Below the pieces are notes generated by a model. The model ran no database searches. It saw nothing but the letters and a program-made list of their open reading frames with translations, and was not told the DNA's origin. This document shows, in pieces, positions 38,600-49,679 of a DNA stretch of 64,000 nucleotides (position 1 is the first letter of the stretch; each line of letters opens with the position of its first letter). A program made the position numbers and the translations under genes. The stretch comes from Takakia lepidozioides (Eukaryota > Plantae > Bryophyta), in contig CM060732.1 in assembly GCA_030704615.1 (NCBI GenBank), positions 59,086,001 to 59,150,000 on the forward strand, in the 5' to 3' direction.

Positions 38600-40689
38600 A
38601 TGTGGACTTTACAATTGAAACGGATCATGAGAGTTTAAAATATCTCAGACACAACCCAATTTGAGTCGTCGCCAGATTCGATGGGTTGAATTCCTTCAGC
38701 AGTTTCATTATGATTTACGGTATGTGAAGGGAAAAGAGAATGTACTGGCAGATGCACTCTCTAGAAGGCCGATGGTCAATGCTGTGTCGCTTGTGGAAAG
38801 CTCTATGATTGATGATGTGAAGAATCATTATGCTAATGATGTATTTTTCAAAGCACCATATGAAAGTCTCTTGCATGACCGTCTTTACAGGATTTGCGAC
38901 TGTGTATCATTTATGATTGTCATAATATTCCCATAGCTGGACATCCGGGCTTTCAGAGAACCTATGTGGCCGTTAAAAACAATATTTCTGGCCAGGAATG
39001 AAGAGACAGATCAAAGAGTATGTGGATATATGCTTTCCATGTCAAGTCTCAAAATCAGAAAGGATACGTCTTCCTGGATTATTACAACCACTAAGTGTTC
39101 CCAGTGGAAACTGGGAATCGATAAGTATGGATTTTATAGTGGCACTGCCACGGACCAGAAATGGACATAATAGCATCATGGTGGTTGCTGATAGACTATC
39201 TAAGACAGCACACTTGATTCCCACAAAAATGACAATCACTGCCCATGAGGTGGCTTCACTCTTCATGAAAGAAATCTTTCGGATCCACGGGATACCTCGT
39301 GAGATCATTTGTGATAGGGACACGAAGTTCACAAGTCATTTCTGGATCGCTTTGTTTAAGCTTTTGGGAACCAAGTTGAGACTTAGTACTACATATCATC
39401 CCGAAACAGATGCCCAAACAGAACGGACCAACCGAATCATTGAGGATATGCTGAGAATGTATGTTGGTCAGAGACAGACTTCCTGGGAGCAGTACTTGTA
39501 TTTGATAGAGTTCGCCTATAACAAGAATTTCCATAGTGCCATCGGAATGAGCCCGTTTCAAGCACTCTATGGACGTGATTGTTTAACCCCATCTTCTCTT
39601 TCCACGCCATTGTCTAAGGTCTAGTTTGTCAATGGCATGGTCCGTGAAATGCACTCGGTGTTGGATTTGGTAAAGAGAAGCATGAGAAGTGCTCAAGAAA
39701 GAGCCAAGTTCTATGCTGACAAGCACAGAAGCTTCCGTGAATTTGAGGTAGGCGACAATGTCTTCTTGAAAGTTGCTCCTAAAAGAAGCCAATTGAAATT
39801 GAGCAAGTGTCCTAAGCTGTCCCCAAAATTTTGTGGACCTTTTGTGATCTTAAAGCGTTATGGATCTGTCGCATACCAGCTAGATCTGCCAGCTACTTGG
39901 AAAATCCATGACGTCTTTCATGTCAGCCTCCTAAGGAAAGACCCCAGTCATATTCTACCCGAACTACCCAAAATTATGAATGAAGGTCAGTTATTGGCTG
40001 AACCTGAATCTATTCTGGAGACAAGAACGAAACACCTTCGAAATCGTTCATATCGTGAACATCTTGTCAAGTGGTATCACTATCCAGAATCTGAAGCTAC
40101 TTGGGAAAAAGAGAGTGACCTACAATTGGATTTTCCCCATTTCACTATCATTGCGGACAATGATGAATCTTTAGTGGGGGAGTTTGTTATGGCCCTCTAA
40201 GTAACAAGTCTGAATGACTTCTGGGTGGAAAATGCCATGGGGCGGTGTGAATGACAGGTGGGGGAAAGCTGGAGCAGTGTCACGTGAAGGTTTGGAGAGA
40301 CAACTGCCAGCTTTGAGTACTGATCACCTGCCAAGGAGGTCAACAGGTGATGAAGGTCACCTGTACACGAAGAAAGAGCGGCGGTTCTGGCAGACACGAG
40401 GAGAGGAGAAAATGATTGAGGATGGTGGCTTGGAGGACACTAGGATCTGATAGAACTGATGCATGAATTAGGCACGGCGTGGCGGCTGGGTGGACCGGAT
40501 GTGATAACTGGTGCTGTGCATATTAGAGTTGGTTAATCTTGAAATAGTCACTGGCTTTTATAGGACATGGACTATGGTTCACCTTTTTTTCAAAATGGTT
40601 GTGTAGATCTTGTGATTATGGTTCCATCAAGACCTGAACTGTAAAAAGATTGTTCAGAGTGATTCCTGTCAAAACTCAGGGTTGTTTTA
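35120..40689 (+). mobile_element. Full-length Ty3/gypsy chromovirus, degenerate
   Basis: LTRs at 35120-35620 and 40185-40689; PBS TGGTATCAGAGCC (tRNA-iMet, 35623-35635); PPT AGTGGGGGAG at about 40173-40182; TSD GTTCA/ATTCA. Gag CFNCHKPGHRSADC, PR LLIDTSS, RT FMDD, RH TDASD, INT with GPF, and chromodomain PESIL..HLVKW..YPESEATWE. Confidence 0.95.
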
Positions 40690-41065
40690 ATTCATCAGAC
40701 CATTGTTTCATGTTTCTAAAGTAATGTGAATACTATGGCCCCTTGGCTGTACTCCCACATGAAAAAGCCCACATACACATTATAAAGGTAGCTTCACAGA
40801 CCACTATATCACTACTAGACCACACCTGACATGAAATCATGTCTGACCAATCACAACATCATTTGGAACGCGAAAAGTGGGCGGGAGCGCCGCCGAAAGG
40901 CTAAAGTCGTACCGCCTCAACGTACCTTCCAGCTTCCACGTGCCTTAATTTTACAAGGCCGTTGCAGCTACTGTCGTGAGTGGTCGGTGATCCACCGTGT
41001 GGTTTCCCTCTTTGACCTTCACAATGACTGTCGAGGGTTTCTGCGTGGTGTGTTCTTGGCTAGCG

Positions 41066-41240
41066 GCTGCTGAGTTTGTGAGGCTGCAAAAGGCCTATGA
41101 AGTTCTTGGGGACGAGAAGGCTCGTGTTGTGTATGATGAGCTACTTCTTGTACGTAGAGAGCGTTCAAATAATGGAAAACAGCAGAGTGAAAAGCGTCAA
41201 AAGATGATGCATGATCTATGTGAACGAGAGCGTGCTCATG
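41066..41240 (+). pseudogene. Fragment of a DnaJ (DNAJC17/Cwf23-like) gene
   Basis: AEFVRLQKAYEVLGDEKARVVYDELL..KRQKMMHDL.ERER covers J-domain helices III-IV and the following coiled coil. The HPD motif is missing. Confidence 0.7.
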
Positions 41241-41254
41241 AGTTGGAGGCTGCC

Positions 41255-42226
41255 AGCTGAGTTCTTGGGTTTGCCCTTGCTGCCAATCCCGCAACAAAAG
41301 GTGAACGTCTACTGTAGGGCGTGAATTTTGCATCAGGGGCCACGGGCATCCTCAACTACACTGGCTTGGACGTTGTACGTTTGTTAGGTTATGTCTTGAC
41401 AATGACGTGGTAAATGGCTTTGTTGACGTTCAATGCATGTTCGCCCGAGTTGGAAATTTCACTGTGTCAGTTTTCCAAGAAGATTAACAAATGATGTTCA
41501 CGAATGATGGCAGGGCGAAGTTATTCCGTTGTCGTGGCAGATAGAGGCCTTCCAGAAAGTGAAGAAAGAAATTTATGAGAGGCTTGGGCATGAGGCTAGC
41601 CGTGATTTCTTTGCATGGGCACTCTTCTACATTGTCTCTGGGGCTGACGATTTTGTCAATGGATACTATGGGTTTTTGCAAAGCAAGTGGCCCAGCCTGT
41701 ATACACCGTCGGAGTTTCAAGACCTCCTTATATCAATGCTCTCTTCTCAGATTGGGGTAAAATCCTGTATTCTCGATGGCTTCGAATAACACTACAAAAG
41801 TGCATTGTCAAGCTTGTGTGTTTACTTACCGATTTATTGTATACACCTAGAAATGCAGCTTTGAAATGTAGATCTTCCTCGTAGGGCGTGCAGATTTCTA
41901 ACAGTGGACTGAAGTTGGTAAGTGTGAAATTGAAGTTGAGTCATTTCAGATTGCCTCCATGTGTTGTCGCAGTTTCTCTACAACCTGGGGGCCAGAAAGA
42001 TTGGAGTGGCTAGTCTTGGACCACTGGGGTGTGTCCCCTCACAACTCAATAGATACCCACAGCATGGGGGCATGTGTGTCTTTTCTGCAAACTATGGCTC
42101 TGAGGTTTAACAGTGCCGTAATAAGCATGCTCGCTGACTTGGGAGCCAGCTGCCAGGGTTAGGGGCGGTGTACACTGATTTCTTCTCCGTGCTCCAAGTT
42201 GCAGTCCAAAATCCTCCAGCTTATGG
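41255..42226 (+). pseudogene. GDSL esterase/lipase gene fragment (3 exons with introns, frameshifted)
   Basis: ELLGLP..GVNFASGATGIL; IPLSWQI..ALFYIVSGADDFVNGY; LYNLGARKIGV..LGPLGCVP..NPPAYG|gtaag. Blocks I (GDS) and V are absent. Confidence 0.85.
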
Positions 42227-42636
42227 TAAGTGGAAAAACTACTTTGGTTTTGTGCAAGGGTTGCTTTCAGAACTTGATGACAGGTTTGTAGATGGATGCT
42301 TGATGGTTTGCCATATCCGCATTTCCTTGCATTTATCAATGTACCCGAACTGGTTAAATCTAAGTAGCATAGAAGTTGACAGTCTCAATTTTTAAATTCT
42401 AAAAGACCACTTACTTATAGGGGTAAGTGGCAACCTTTAACTTCCTAATGCAAAGTTAGTACCCTTCAAATTGAGGATCGCAAACCAAAGGCACAAATAT
42501 GAATTTTTCAAGAGCTTAACAGACTATGGCAGTCTTGTGATATAGGCTGTACTCATAGGGTGGTGTTTCGTATTGCTTCTGGACTAGGACATCTGGGACT
42601 CAATAAAAAACAATGAGTATTTCTCACTTGAAGCTG

Positions 42637-45232
42637 TGTCGAGCGGCTTTTACTCACCCATCCCTTCGCTATCCGAGGTGGAAACTCCAAGATAGAAGAG
42701 TTGGATATCTCTAAGCACTCAGCCCGCTCAGAACAATCAGTCATGACCTACAGCTAGTGAATCATGGTTGTGCTTCCTATTTGTATTCCTTCTTGCCTTC
42801 ATGTTATCAATTTACCTTACTGTGTATACTGAAGCATCAGATTGCTTCAGTATCTACCAAGTTCCAATTAATCATGCATTCATTCCACATCTTCTCTCAT
42901 GTCTCTCTACAGAGTATGTTTGTATCGAATAAGTATCAGATTAAGATTAATCAAGTATCAGGCCTATGCCATAGTGTCCCTATTCTACCCTACTGTATGA
43001 TTCTACAGCTTGCATGAATTAAGTCTCAATCAAATCATCATCTCCTCTTCACTGTTCCACTCTCCGTTTCGTCTCCTCCTCCCCTGACCAAGTCGCGCTC
43101 CTCAAGAAGTAATCCTGTGAAGTGATCCCCTTCCTGTTGCCGCCCTGCCTAATCTACCCGCAAGCTGTTATAACCACCTAACTAACTAACCGTCACCCCT
43201 GAAGTAACACGTTCCTTCTGCAAATGTCGTTCCCACACAGTCGTTCCCTGTCAATGATAACCGTTCCCCATGTATGCCGTGATAGGCTGTGTCAAGCTGT
43301 GACTGGCTGTGTAAAGCTGTGTTGGGCTGTGACTGGCTGTGCAAAGCTATGTCGGGCTGTGTCAGACTGTGACAGGCTGTGACTGGCTGTGCGAAGCTGT
43401 GTCGGGCTGTGTCAGACTGTGACGGGCTGTGACTGGCTGTGCGAAGCTGTGTCGGGCTGTGTCAGACTGTGACGGGCTGTGACTGGCTGTGCGAAGCTGT
43501 GTCTGGCTGTGTCGGGCTGTGTGGGCTGTCTACCCCCCCTAAAGCCTGCGCTTGCCACCCCTAAGGCTCCTGTTGGTCTCAGTCTACCATCCGTAAGTCT
43601 GCGCAAAAATTAAGGGTACCCCACAGAACCCGTAAAAGCGTCTAAGTCCCAAGCAGCCCTCTAACATTACCCCTCCCCCTCTCAAAAAGCCGTGTCCTCA
43701 CGGTTTACTGTTTAGGATTAGCAAACCTTTGTGAGCGAGCACCCTTCTGACGGCGAGAGTCTCATAAAGGACTCCGTATGCGAGCTCGAGCCCTGTCACT
43801 GGCTGATGGAGGCGATTGAGCACTACCTGGAAATGTCTGACCCTCCTGTGGTTGATAACGAGGTAACCTCTCAGGCATAGGAGATCCCCGTCTTTTCTTC
43901 TCTGCCATCTGGAGTGCATAGTCCTCTGCCATGTCAAAAGAGTCCCCTGAAGAACCAGTAGTATCAGAATCATCGTCCCACCTTAGGTGTTTCAACGGCC
44001 GAACTTTAAGTGGCCTCTCCGGAATCCTGCGTGGCATACAATGTTGTCCCACCATGTCGGGAAGCTTAAACTGTACTACTTGCTGTAAGCGCGTGCAAGC
44101 AAAATGAGTGAACGCCCTGAACTCCTTAGCCGTATAGGTAAGAGGTGTGCCAATGACTTTGGAACAGTGTAAGTTTTTCCAGGCCTCATGTCCCTTATAG
44201 AAAATATCATCAAGGCCCAATTTCTCTATTGCCAAGTTGTTCCAAGCCAAATTAAACCATGAACGAAGTTGTGAATCCTTCTGCATCATAACTTTCGCAT
44301 CATACAGGTACATATGAGGTGGCACTGAAGGTAAGACCCAATGATCCCCACTGGAATAACTCAGAAATCGTGATTGCATCTTCTGCTGCTCAATGTGATA
44401 CCGTGCCAGGAAACAAGCAGCATAGTATAATCCACATCCCATGACAATACTAGATACCTCTTTGGTCTTGGTATAGATGTACCCATGTACAACCTGGAAG
44501 GCAATTAATTCCTTCAGCATGGTGCCTGCCTCAGACCAGTACCTTGCAAAGTGATGATCCTCAATAGGTCGATTGTTCGGAAGAACTTTAGTCCGAGTTG
44601 CCACTGGCAACCAATGCGCATGATCTGATAGTAATGTGCCAATGACTGTGGAGGACTAAATTCCTTCTAAGCCAAATCCAGCACAATGGGAATTTGATTG
44701 AAGGGCATAATCATAGCCCGACTGTACTCCCGTGCAGCAGGAGTCCTAGGTGGGTTAAAAGCAGCATCCCCCCAAACCTCAGGCTGTGGCTTTGCCATAG
44801 TAGCAACAGGGTCAGCCACCTGCACATGCACCTGCTGTGGGGGCTGTGATATTGCCACCACCGGCCTTCTACCACGGGTAACTCCTGCACTTCCTGTGAA
44901 GAAGACTGAAAAATCAAAGTTTTGGCATGCAAATAAGTAGCCACCAGCTGCTCCTCAAGAATAAAGACTCTCTTGTCAATATTTGAACTCAGATTATCCA
45001 CTTGAGTCTGCAGGCCTTCCACATCATCCTGTAACTCCGCTATCCTACTATAGACATTGTCTATAGTAGTTGTGGCAATGTTCTGCACCTGGAATCTGAG
45101 ATCATTCATCTCTCCCTGGGTGAGCTTCCTTGGTGCTTTGCCTTCTACCGGCCCTTGTGCTAACCATACTTGTATAAGGTGATTATCCACCAAGTCCTGT
45201 GTGGCACCCCTGAGAGTCTGCTCCTCCCTGAG
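42637..45232 (-). mobile_element. 3' portion of a second copy of the element-1 Ty3/gypsy family: end of the extra ORF, PPT and 3' LTR (42637-43666)
   Basis: LTR similar to 4432-5311, with an expanded minisatellite at 43280-43530. PPT GAGAGGGGGAGGGG lies just before TGTTAG. 44790-45232 matches 14770-15201. Confidence 0.9.
43762..44610 (-). CDS. Uncharacterised C-terminal part of the retrotransposon extra 3' ORF
   Basis: 282-aa open frame directly upstream of the PPT, on the element's sense strand. No recognisable domain. Confidence 0.5.
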   Translation of the reverse strand: MPVATRTKVLPNNRPIEDHHFARYWSEAGTMLKELIAFQVVHGYIYTKTKEVSSIVMGCGLYYAACFLARYHIEQQKMQSRFLSYSSGDHWVLPSVPPHMYLYDAKVMMQKDSQLRSWFNLAWNNLAIEKLGLDDIFYKGHEAWKNLHCSKVIGTPLTYTAKEFRAFTHFACTRLQQVVQFKLPDMVGQHCMPRRIPERPLKVRPLKHLRWDDDSDTTGSSGDSFDMAEDYALQMAEKKRRGSPMPERLPRYQPQEGQTFPGSAQSPPSASDRARARIRSPL

Positions 45233-45239
45233 TCGAGGT

Positions 45240-45485
45240 TTACTATTTCATGAGCCCATGAGCGTGCATCCACGGAATTAGAAATAATCTGCCGTTAGTG
45301 ACGGTAATAGGGCATATATCCACGGTAATAGGCACTGTTTCTGAACTCCGGGGACGCGGCTAGGCCTATTGCGGCGCCGTTATTCACATTTAGGGTTTGG
45401 AAAAAGAATTAAAAATGGTAGGAGATGGGTTAATCACGGTGCCGTAATACCAGCTTCATGCTTCTCGAAAAATTTCTTGGTAGTG
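45240..45485. mobile_element. Probable CACTA terminus with subterminal repeats
   Basis: Ends ...AAATTTCTTGGTAGTG (reverse complement CACTACCAAGAAATTT). Repeated ACGGTAATAGG/CCTATTGCGGCG motifs lie nearby. Confidence 0.5.
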
Positions 45486-46040
45486 ATGACTTGAGACCGG
45501 CCTATTGCTGCGACGTTTTTTTGTTTGTGGTCACCCAAAATTATAGAATAAAGTCTGACATTGGCTTATTGCAACACTATTATATCATTTGTAAAGGTCT
45601 TGTTGTTCCCAACACCTTATACTAGCCTATTGTTGTGTCATTTTTCTGTCAAAGATAAGAGGTCCCATCACATAATATAGTTGAATTGGCTTTTTTTAAG
45701 ACTAAATAAATCCCACACTGACTGAAGAGAGGTTAGGAAATTGCCATTCACTCTCCACCTAAGCTTGCAAAGTGTCCTCCTCATCGCCGTCACTTTCAGA
45801 CGTGGACATAGCGATAAACTTGAGTACTTTGGCCTTGACAATTCTTGTATTGGGCCTCCCTCAATTGTATTCTCTCATTTCTTGAAGCCAGTAATTGCTC
45901 TACCCGATTAGGCCTCTCCGCCCTCCTAATGGATCTCTAGCAGCTGTGTGCTTGGTGTAACTATTGGCTGTCTTCCTCTCATTGTCTCTAAAGATTTACA
46001 GCAAAGGGAGGGAGTCCTCTATTTCATAGGGTATTTACGC

Positions 46041-47372
46041 TGGAATTTATCCAGCACATGTACATCAGCTAACAGTAGCGTAGGTTTCTGGTTCTCCTGG
46101 CGTGTAGGTATTCAGCTAATAGCTGGTGCTCCAAAGCAAGGAGTAATCTGGAGAGCGATCGAGGCTCACCGAAGTAGACATGGTGAGTCAGCCTGCACTT
46201 AATTGCAGACTAAGCTGCAGCTGCATTTCTTGACATGTATGCCTCATCAAGTGGCTGTCTCACTTAGAAATGAGGTTCATGGAAACTGACGAGGAGGCAT
46301 AGTTTATGGTTAATGTGAGATGGTGCAGTCTATTGCCTGCAGTTGTAATAGAGTGGGTGTCTGGATGATTATCTTCTATGTGACAGTCTTATATACGCTG
46401 GAACTTATATTGGAATTTATCCAGTACATGTACACACCAGCTGACAGTAGCGTAGCTTTCTGGTTCTCGTGGTGTGTAGGTATTCAACAAGTACTAGTTG
46501 CTGCCCAGAGAAAGTGGTGGGGATTTTCAGTGAATGTGACTGTCAGTAGGTCCAATATTTTGCTTGAAGACTAAGCTGCAGCTGCGTTTTTTGACATGTA
46601 CACCTTATACTTGTTTTGGTAGTAAGAACCTTGCCAGTCATCCACTGGCTACAAAAATGCAACTATTCCTAAGGGTTCTCTAATATAATCAGTTCTTTCA
46701 TTTCCCATTGCACTTTCTGACCAGATCATATCCTCATGAAGGTTTCACAGGCTACTAAGGGCAAAGGGATAATGCCGAAGTCACCTCCAAACAATTATCT
46801 GCTGTTGAGGGAGGCAAGGATTCGAGCAAACAATGTCAAATTGTAGGAGCTAGGCTTGCCACCCATTGCAATACCCAGGGCGGCACAGAAGCCACGGAAA
46901 TTGGCAGCAGCACGAACAGTCCAAACTATTATTCCAGATCACCAAGTTCCTGCTGTTGAGCCTCATCACCAAGTTCCTGTTGTTGAGCTCCCCACAGGTT
47001 GAATTTTTCGTCCTTCTCTCTGGCCAGACTCTTGAGATTTTTGTATTGTTTCTCAGAATCTTTATCCGTTCAGTAGTTGAGCAATTATCTGCTTTTCTGA
47101 TTTGGGTTGCTGACTTGATCTGATGGTGCTTTACGTTCCATGTAGTTGGCATTTCAAAATCGGTAGCAGCACCAACAGTCCAAACTATTATTCCAGATCA
47201 CCAAGTTCCTGCAGTTGAGCCACATCACCAAGTTCTTGTTGTTGAGCTCGGGCCCACAGGTTGAATTTTTTCGAACGTCATTCTCTATGGCCAGAGTCTT
47301 GAGATTTTTGTAGTGTTTGTTAGACTCTTTATCCGTGCAGTAGTTGAGAAATCATCTGCTTTTTAGATTTGA
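46041..47372. repeat. Two local direct duplications (46041-46240/46411-46600 and 46913-47110/47174-47372)
   Basis: TGGAATTTATCCAG..ACAGTAGCGTAG..GACTAAGCTGCAGCTGC occurs twice, and AACAGTCCAAACTATTATTCCAGATCACCAAGTTCC occurs twice. Confidence 0.75.
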
Positions 47373-47579
47373 GAACCGGGAAGCTTACTCTATCCTATTT
47401 TGGCTTTTCTCATTATCCCTTTAAGCAATTTTAGCATCTTTGGTTACCAAAGTATTTTCCTGTCAAATTCTGCTGGAGCTCAAGCAGTTTTTCATTTTGA
47501 TACTACAGCTCCTACCATGAGTATTAGAAAGTCACATGCGCCAGCAGCACTGGTAGTGTCAAGCTCTCGAGGCCTGGCT

Positions 47580-48182
47580 ATGGAGGCTAATTGTAAAATG
47601 GAGGTTGCTAGCTGGGGAGCTCAGAAGTTAGCTGAACACATCTGCTCACTACTGAGCACCAATGACTACTACGAAAGGCTGATTGAGGAGGATATGAGTG
47701 GTGCTGATTTCCTTGAGGTCAACGCTGAGGAGCTTCTGTCACTCGACATTAAAATCATTCGGCATCGCAAGGTGCTCCTATCGTGGACTCTTGATCCAAC
47801 AGATGAGCTGGATCCATCAGGTATGAGCCATGGCCCTGTTGGGGTCCAATTGCGGTGCTCTGCTTTTGTTTCTGTGAATTTGAGGTTCAGATCAAGTCAT
47901 GTGTACATACAGCCTCGTGGGCAATCCCTGCAACCCAAGTCTGCCTCCCTTGCAGCAAGAGATGTGGGCTCAATAGTGGCAAACTTGGCTGTAGCGCGGA
48001 GAGGACAAGACTTCCCTACATTGCATGCGGCCCTCCCTCCTCCTCCAGCCCCATCCCAACAGCAACAGAAGGAGTTACAGCAAAAGCAAAAACAGCAAGA
48101 GCTCAAAAAACAGCAACAACCGCTGCGGCAGCTCTCCGTGCAACACTTGCCATTCAAGCCTGAAGCAACCTTGCAATCCTAG
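47580..48182 (+). CDS. SAM (sterile alpha motif)-like domain followed by Pro/Gln-rich low complexity; exon structure uncertain
   Basis: VASWGAQKLAEHI..DYYERLIEEDMSGADFLEVNAEELLSLDIKIIRHRKVLL fits the SAM consensus W..V..L..Y..F..IDG..LL.L..EL..LGI..GHR.KIL. Confidence 0.5.
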   Translation: MEANCKMEVASWGAQKLAEHICSLLSTNDYYERLIEEDMSGADFLEVNAEELLSLDIKIIRHRKVLLSWTLDPTDELDPSGMSHGPVGVQLRCSAFVSVNLRFRSSHVYIQPRGQSLQPKSASLAARDVGSIVANLAVARRGQDFPTLHAALPPPPAPSQQQQKELQQKQKQQELKKQQQPLRQLSVQHLPFKPEATLQS

Positions 48183-48914
48183 TATGGAGGTTGGTGTTTG
48201 TATCTGTGCCATTGTTTTAAATACACTCTTCCCAACCACATTTCTAAGTTTAATCTGTGCATGTTAATGGGATAGATTTATTTTTGGTTGATGTTACAGC
48301 CTGTTCTTCCAGCCCCATCCCAACAGCAGATGCAACAAATTGGTTGGCCTGGCTGTGCAGATGCAACGAATGATCCCAAGCCTGTGGAGGGAATTGACCC
48401 TGGCCCATCCTATGAGAGGATCTTCAAGAAGAAGAGAAATTCAAGTCAGGGGGAGGGGGACCGCCATTCACCATATGGAAGAGACTATGTGAGGCTGTAG
48501 TGTCTTGTGGCCAAACCATATATGCCACTGTCTAACTGAATTGGCTTGTTTGTTTTTGGGCTTACAACCCCATGTAGTCTAAAGAGACCCTGAATTATTG
48601 TCTGCTATATATGTTAAGTTACAATCCGTCTTGTTTTTGTCAAAGTGAGGGAATCTTTTTAAAATGATGACTGGAGCTCATGCAGAAACCAGTGACATTT
48701 GCCATTTCTAAGAGTTTCAATCTTGACAAGTTTGCTGGGTTCTCAATTTTATCTGATCTGACCTGCAGGTTCCTTGCCTTGTAAAGAGAGAACATGCCAT
48801 AGATCTGTTTGGAAAGGGGTCAGGACTACTGCCCAAAGATGAGAGACCAACTAGAGATCAACCATATACACTTGAAGAATGGAATATATAGAAGGAAATG
48901 AAATACCTAGAAGA

Positions 48915-49087
48915 CCTTGAAAACATTGAAACATTGAAACATTGAAAACATTTCAGCAATAAATTTCAAAATTGCATCACTCTAATGTATGTAAACGTCC
49001 CAGCAAACATCCTACCATTGAAAACATCCCACCATTGAATAATGTAAAACATTTCAGCATTGCATAATTTGAAATTTCCTAGTAGTG
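48915..49087. mobile_element. Probable CACTA terminus with subterminal repeats
   Basis: Ends ...GAAATTTCCTAGTAGTG (reverse complement CACTACTAGGAAATTT), preceded by many CATTGAAA(A)CAT repeats. Confidence 0.6.
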
Positions 49088-49205
49088 CATAGGCTGTAAT
49101 ATTACATACAATTAAGGCATCAAAATTGCCACATTAATTAAGGGGCCCTAGCTTCATGTTGAGTTATAAGGGACTGTGCCATTTGGCAGTGATTACCATG
49201 TCAAG

Positions 49206-49679
49206 GGGAGCACATCCAACAACAGTCCTCACTCTCTGGAGGAGACAGTCTCGGCTACCTTGCGAGAGGAACAGCAACGGGCTTTCAAAGCCCTTAACAT
49301 CAGGGTCACTGGGAAGCTAGGGGGCCTTGCTGAGGGGGACCCTCTTGACGCTGCCACCAGCCTTATTCAGCAAAACCTTGCTCTCCCACGGGGCGCGAGT
49401 GGCATTGAAAGGGCTTGGCGTGCATGATCTTCAGAGCACAAAGTCCTCTTCATTAGATTCAAGGACAAGGGTGCTCGGGATAGAGTCCTCAGGCAGAGGC
49501 CTCAATTGAGAGGTCAGGGTATGTATCTCAACGATGACTTGACCCCTTTGCAATACAACGCCATGCGGGCGCAACTCTTGCAGGTTAAGCAAGCTCGAGC
49601 TCAAGGGCACTATGCCGTGTACCGAGATGGGAGGGTAATTGTCCGGGAGCACGAACGTCGCCCCTCTAGCTCTAAATAG
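49206..49679 (+). pseudogene. LINE ORF1 C-terminal part (RRM/CTD-like) with one internal TGA
   Basis: NIRVTG..IERAWR*..VLFIRF..RDRVLR..LRGQGMYLNDDLT..AVYRDGRVIV is the typical ORF1 C-terminal signature. Confidence 0.7.

Noticed and set aside
4432-43666. LTRs at 4432-5311 and 42637-43666 being the two ends of one element split by an inversion
   Set aside because: Flanking 5-mers differ (CACGG vs CAGCT), and internal sequence 14770-15201 is present in both copies with clear divergence.
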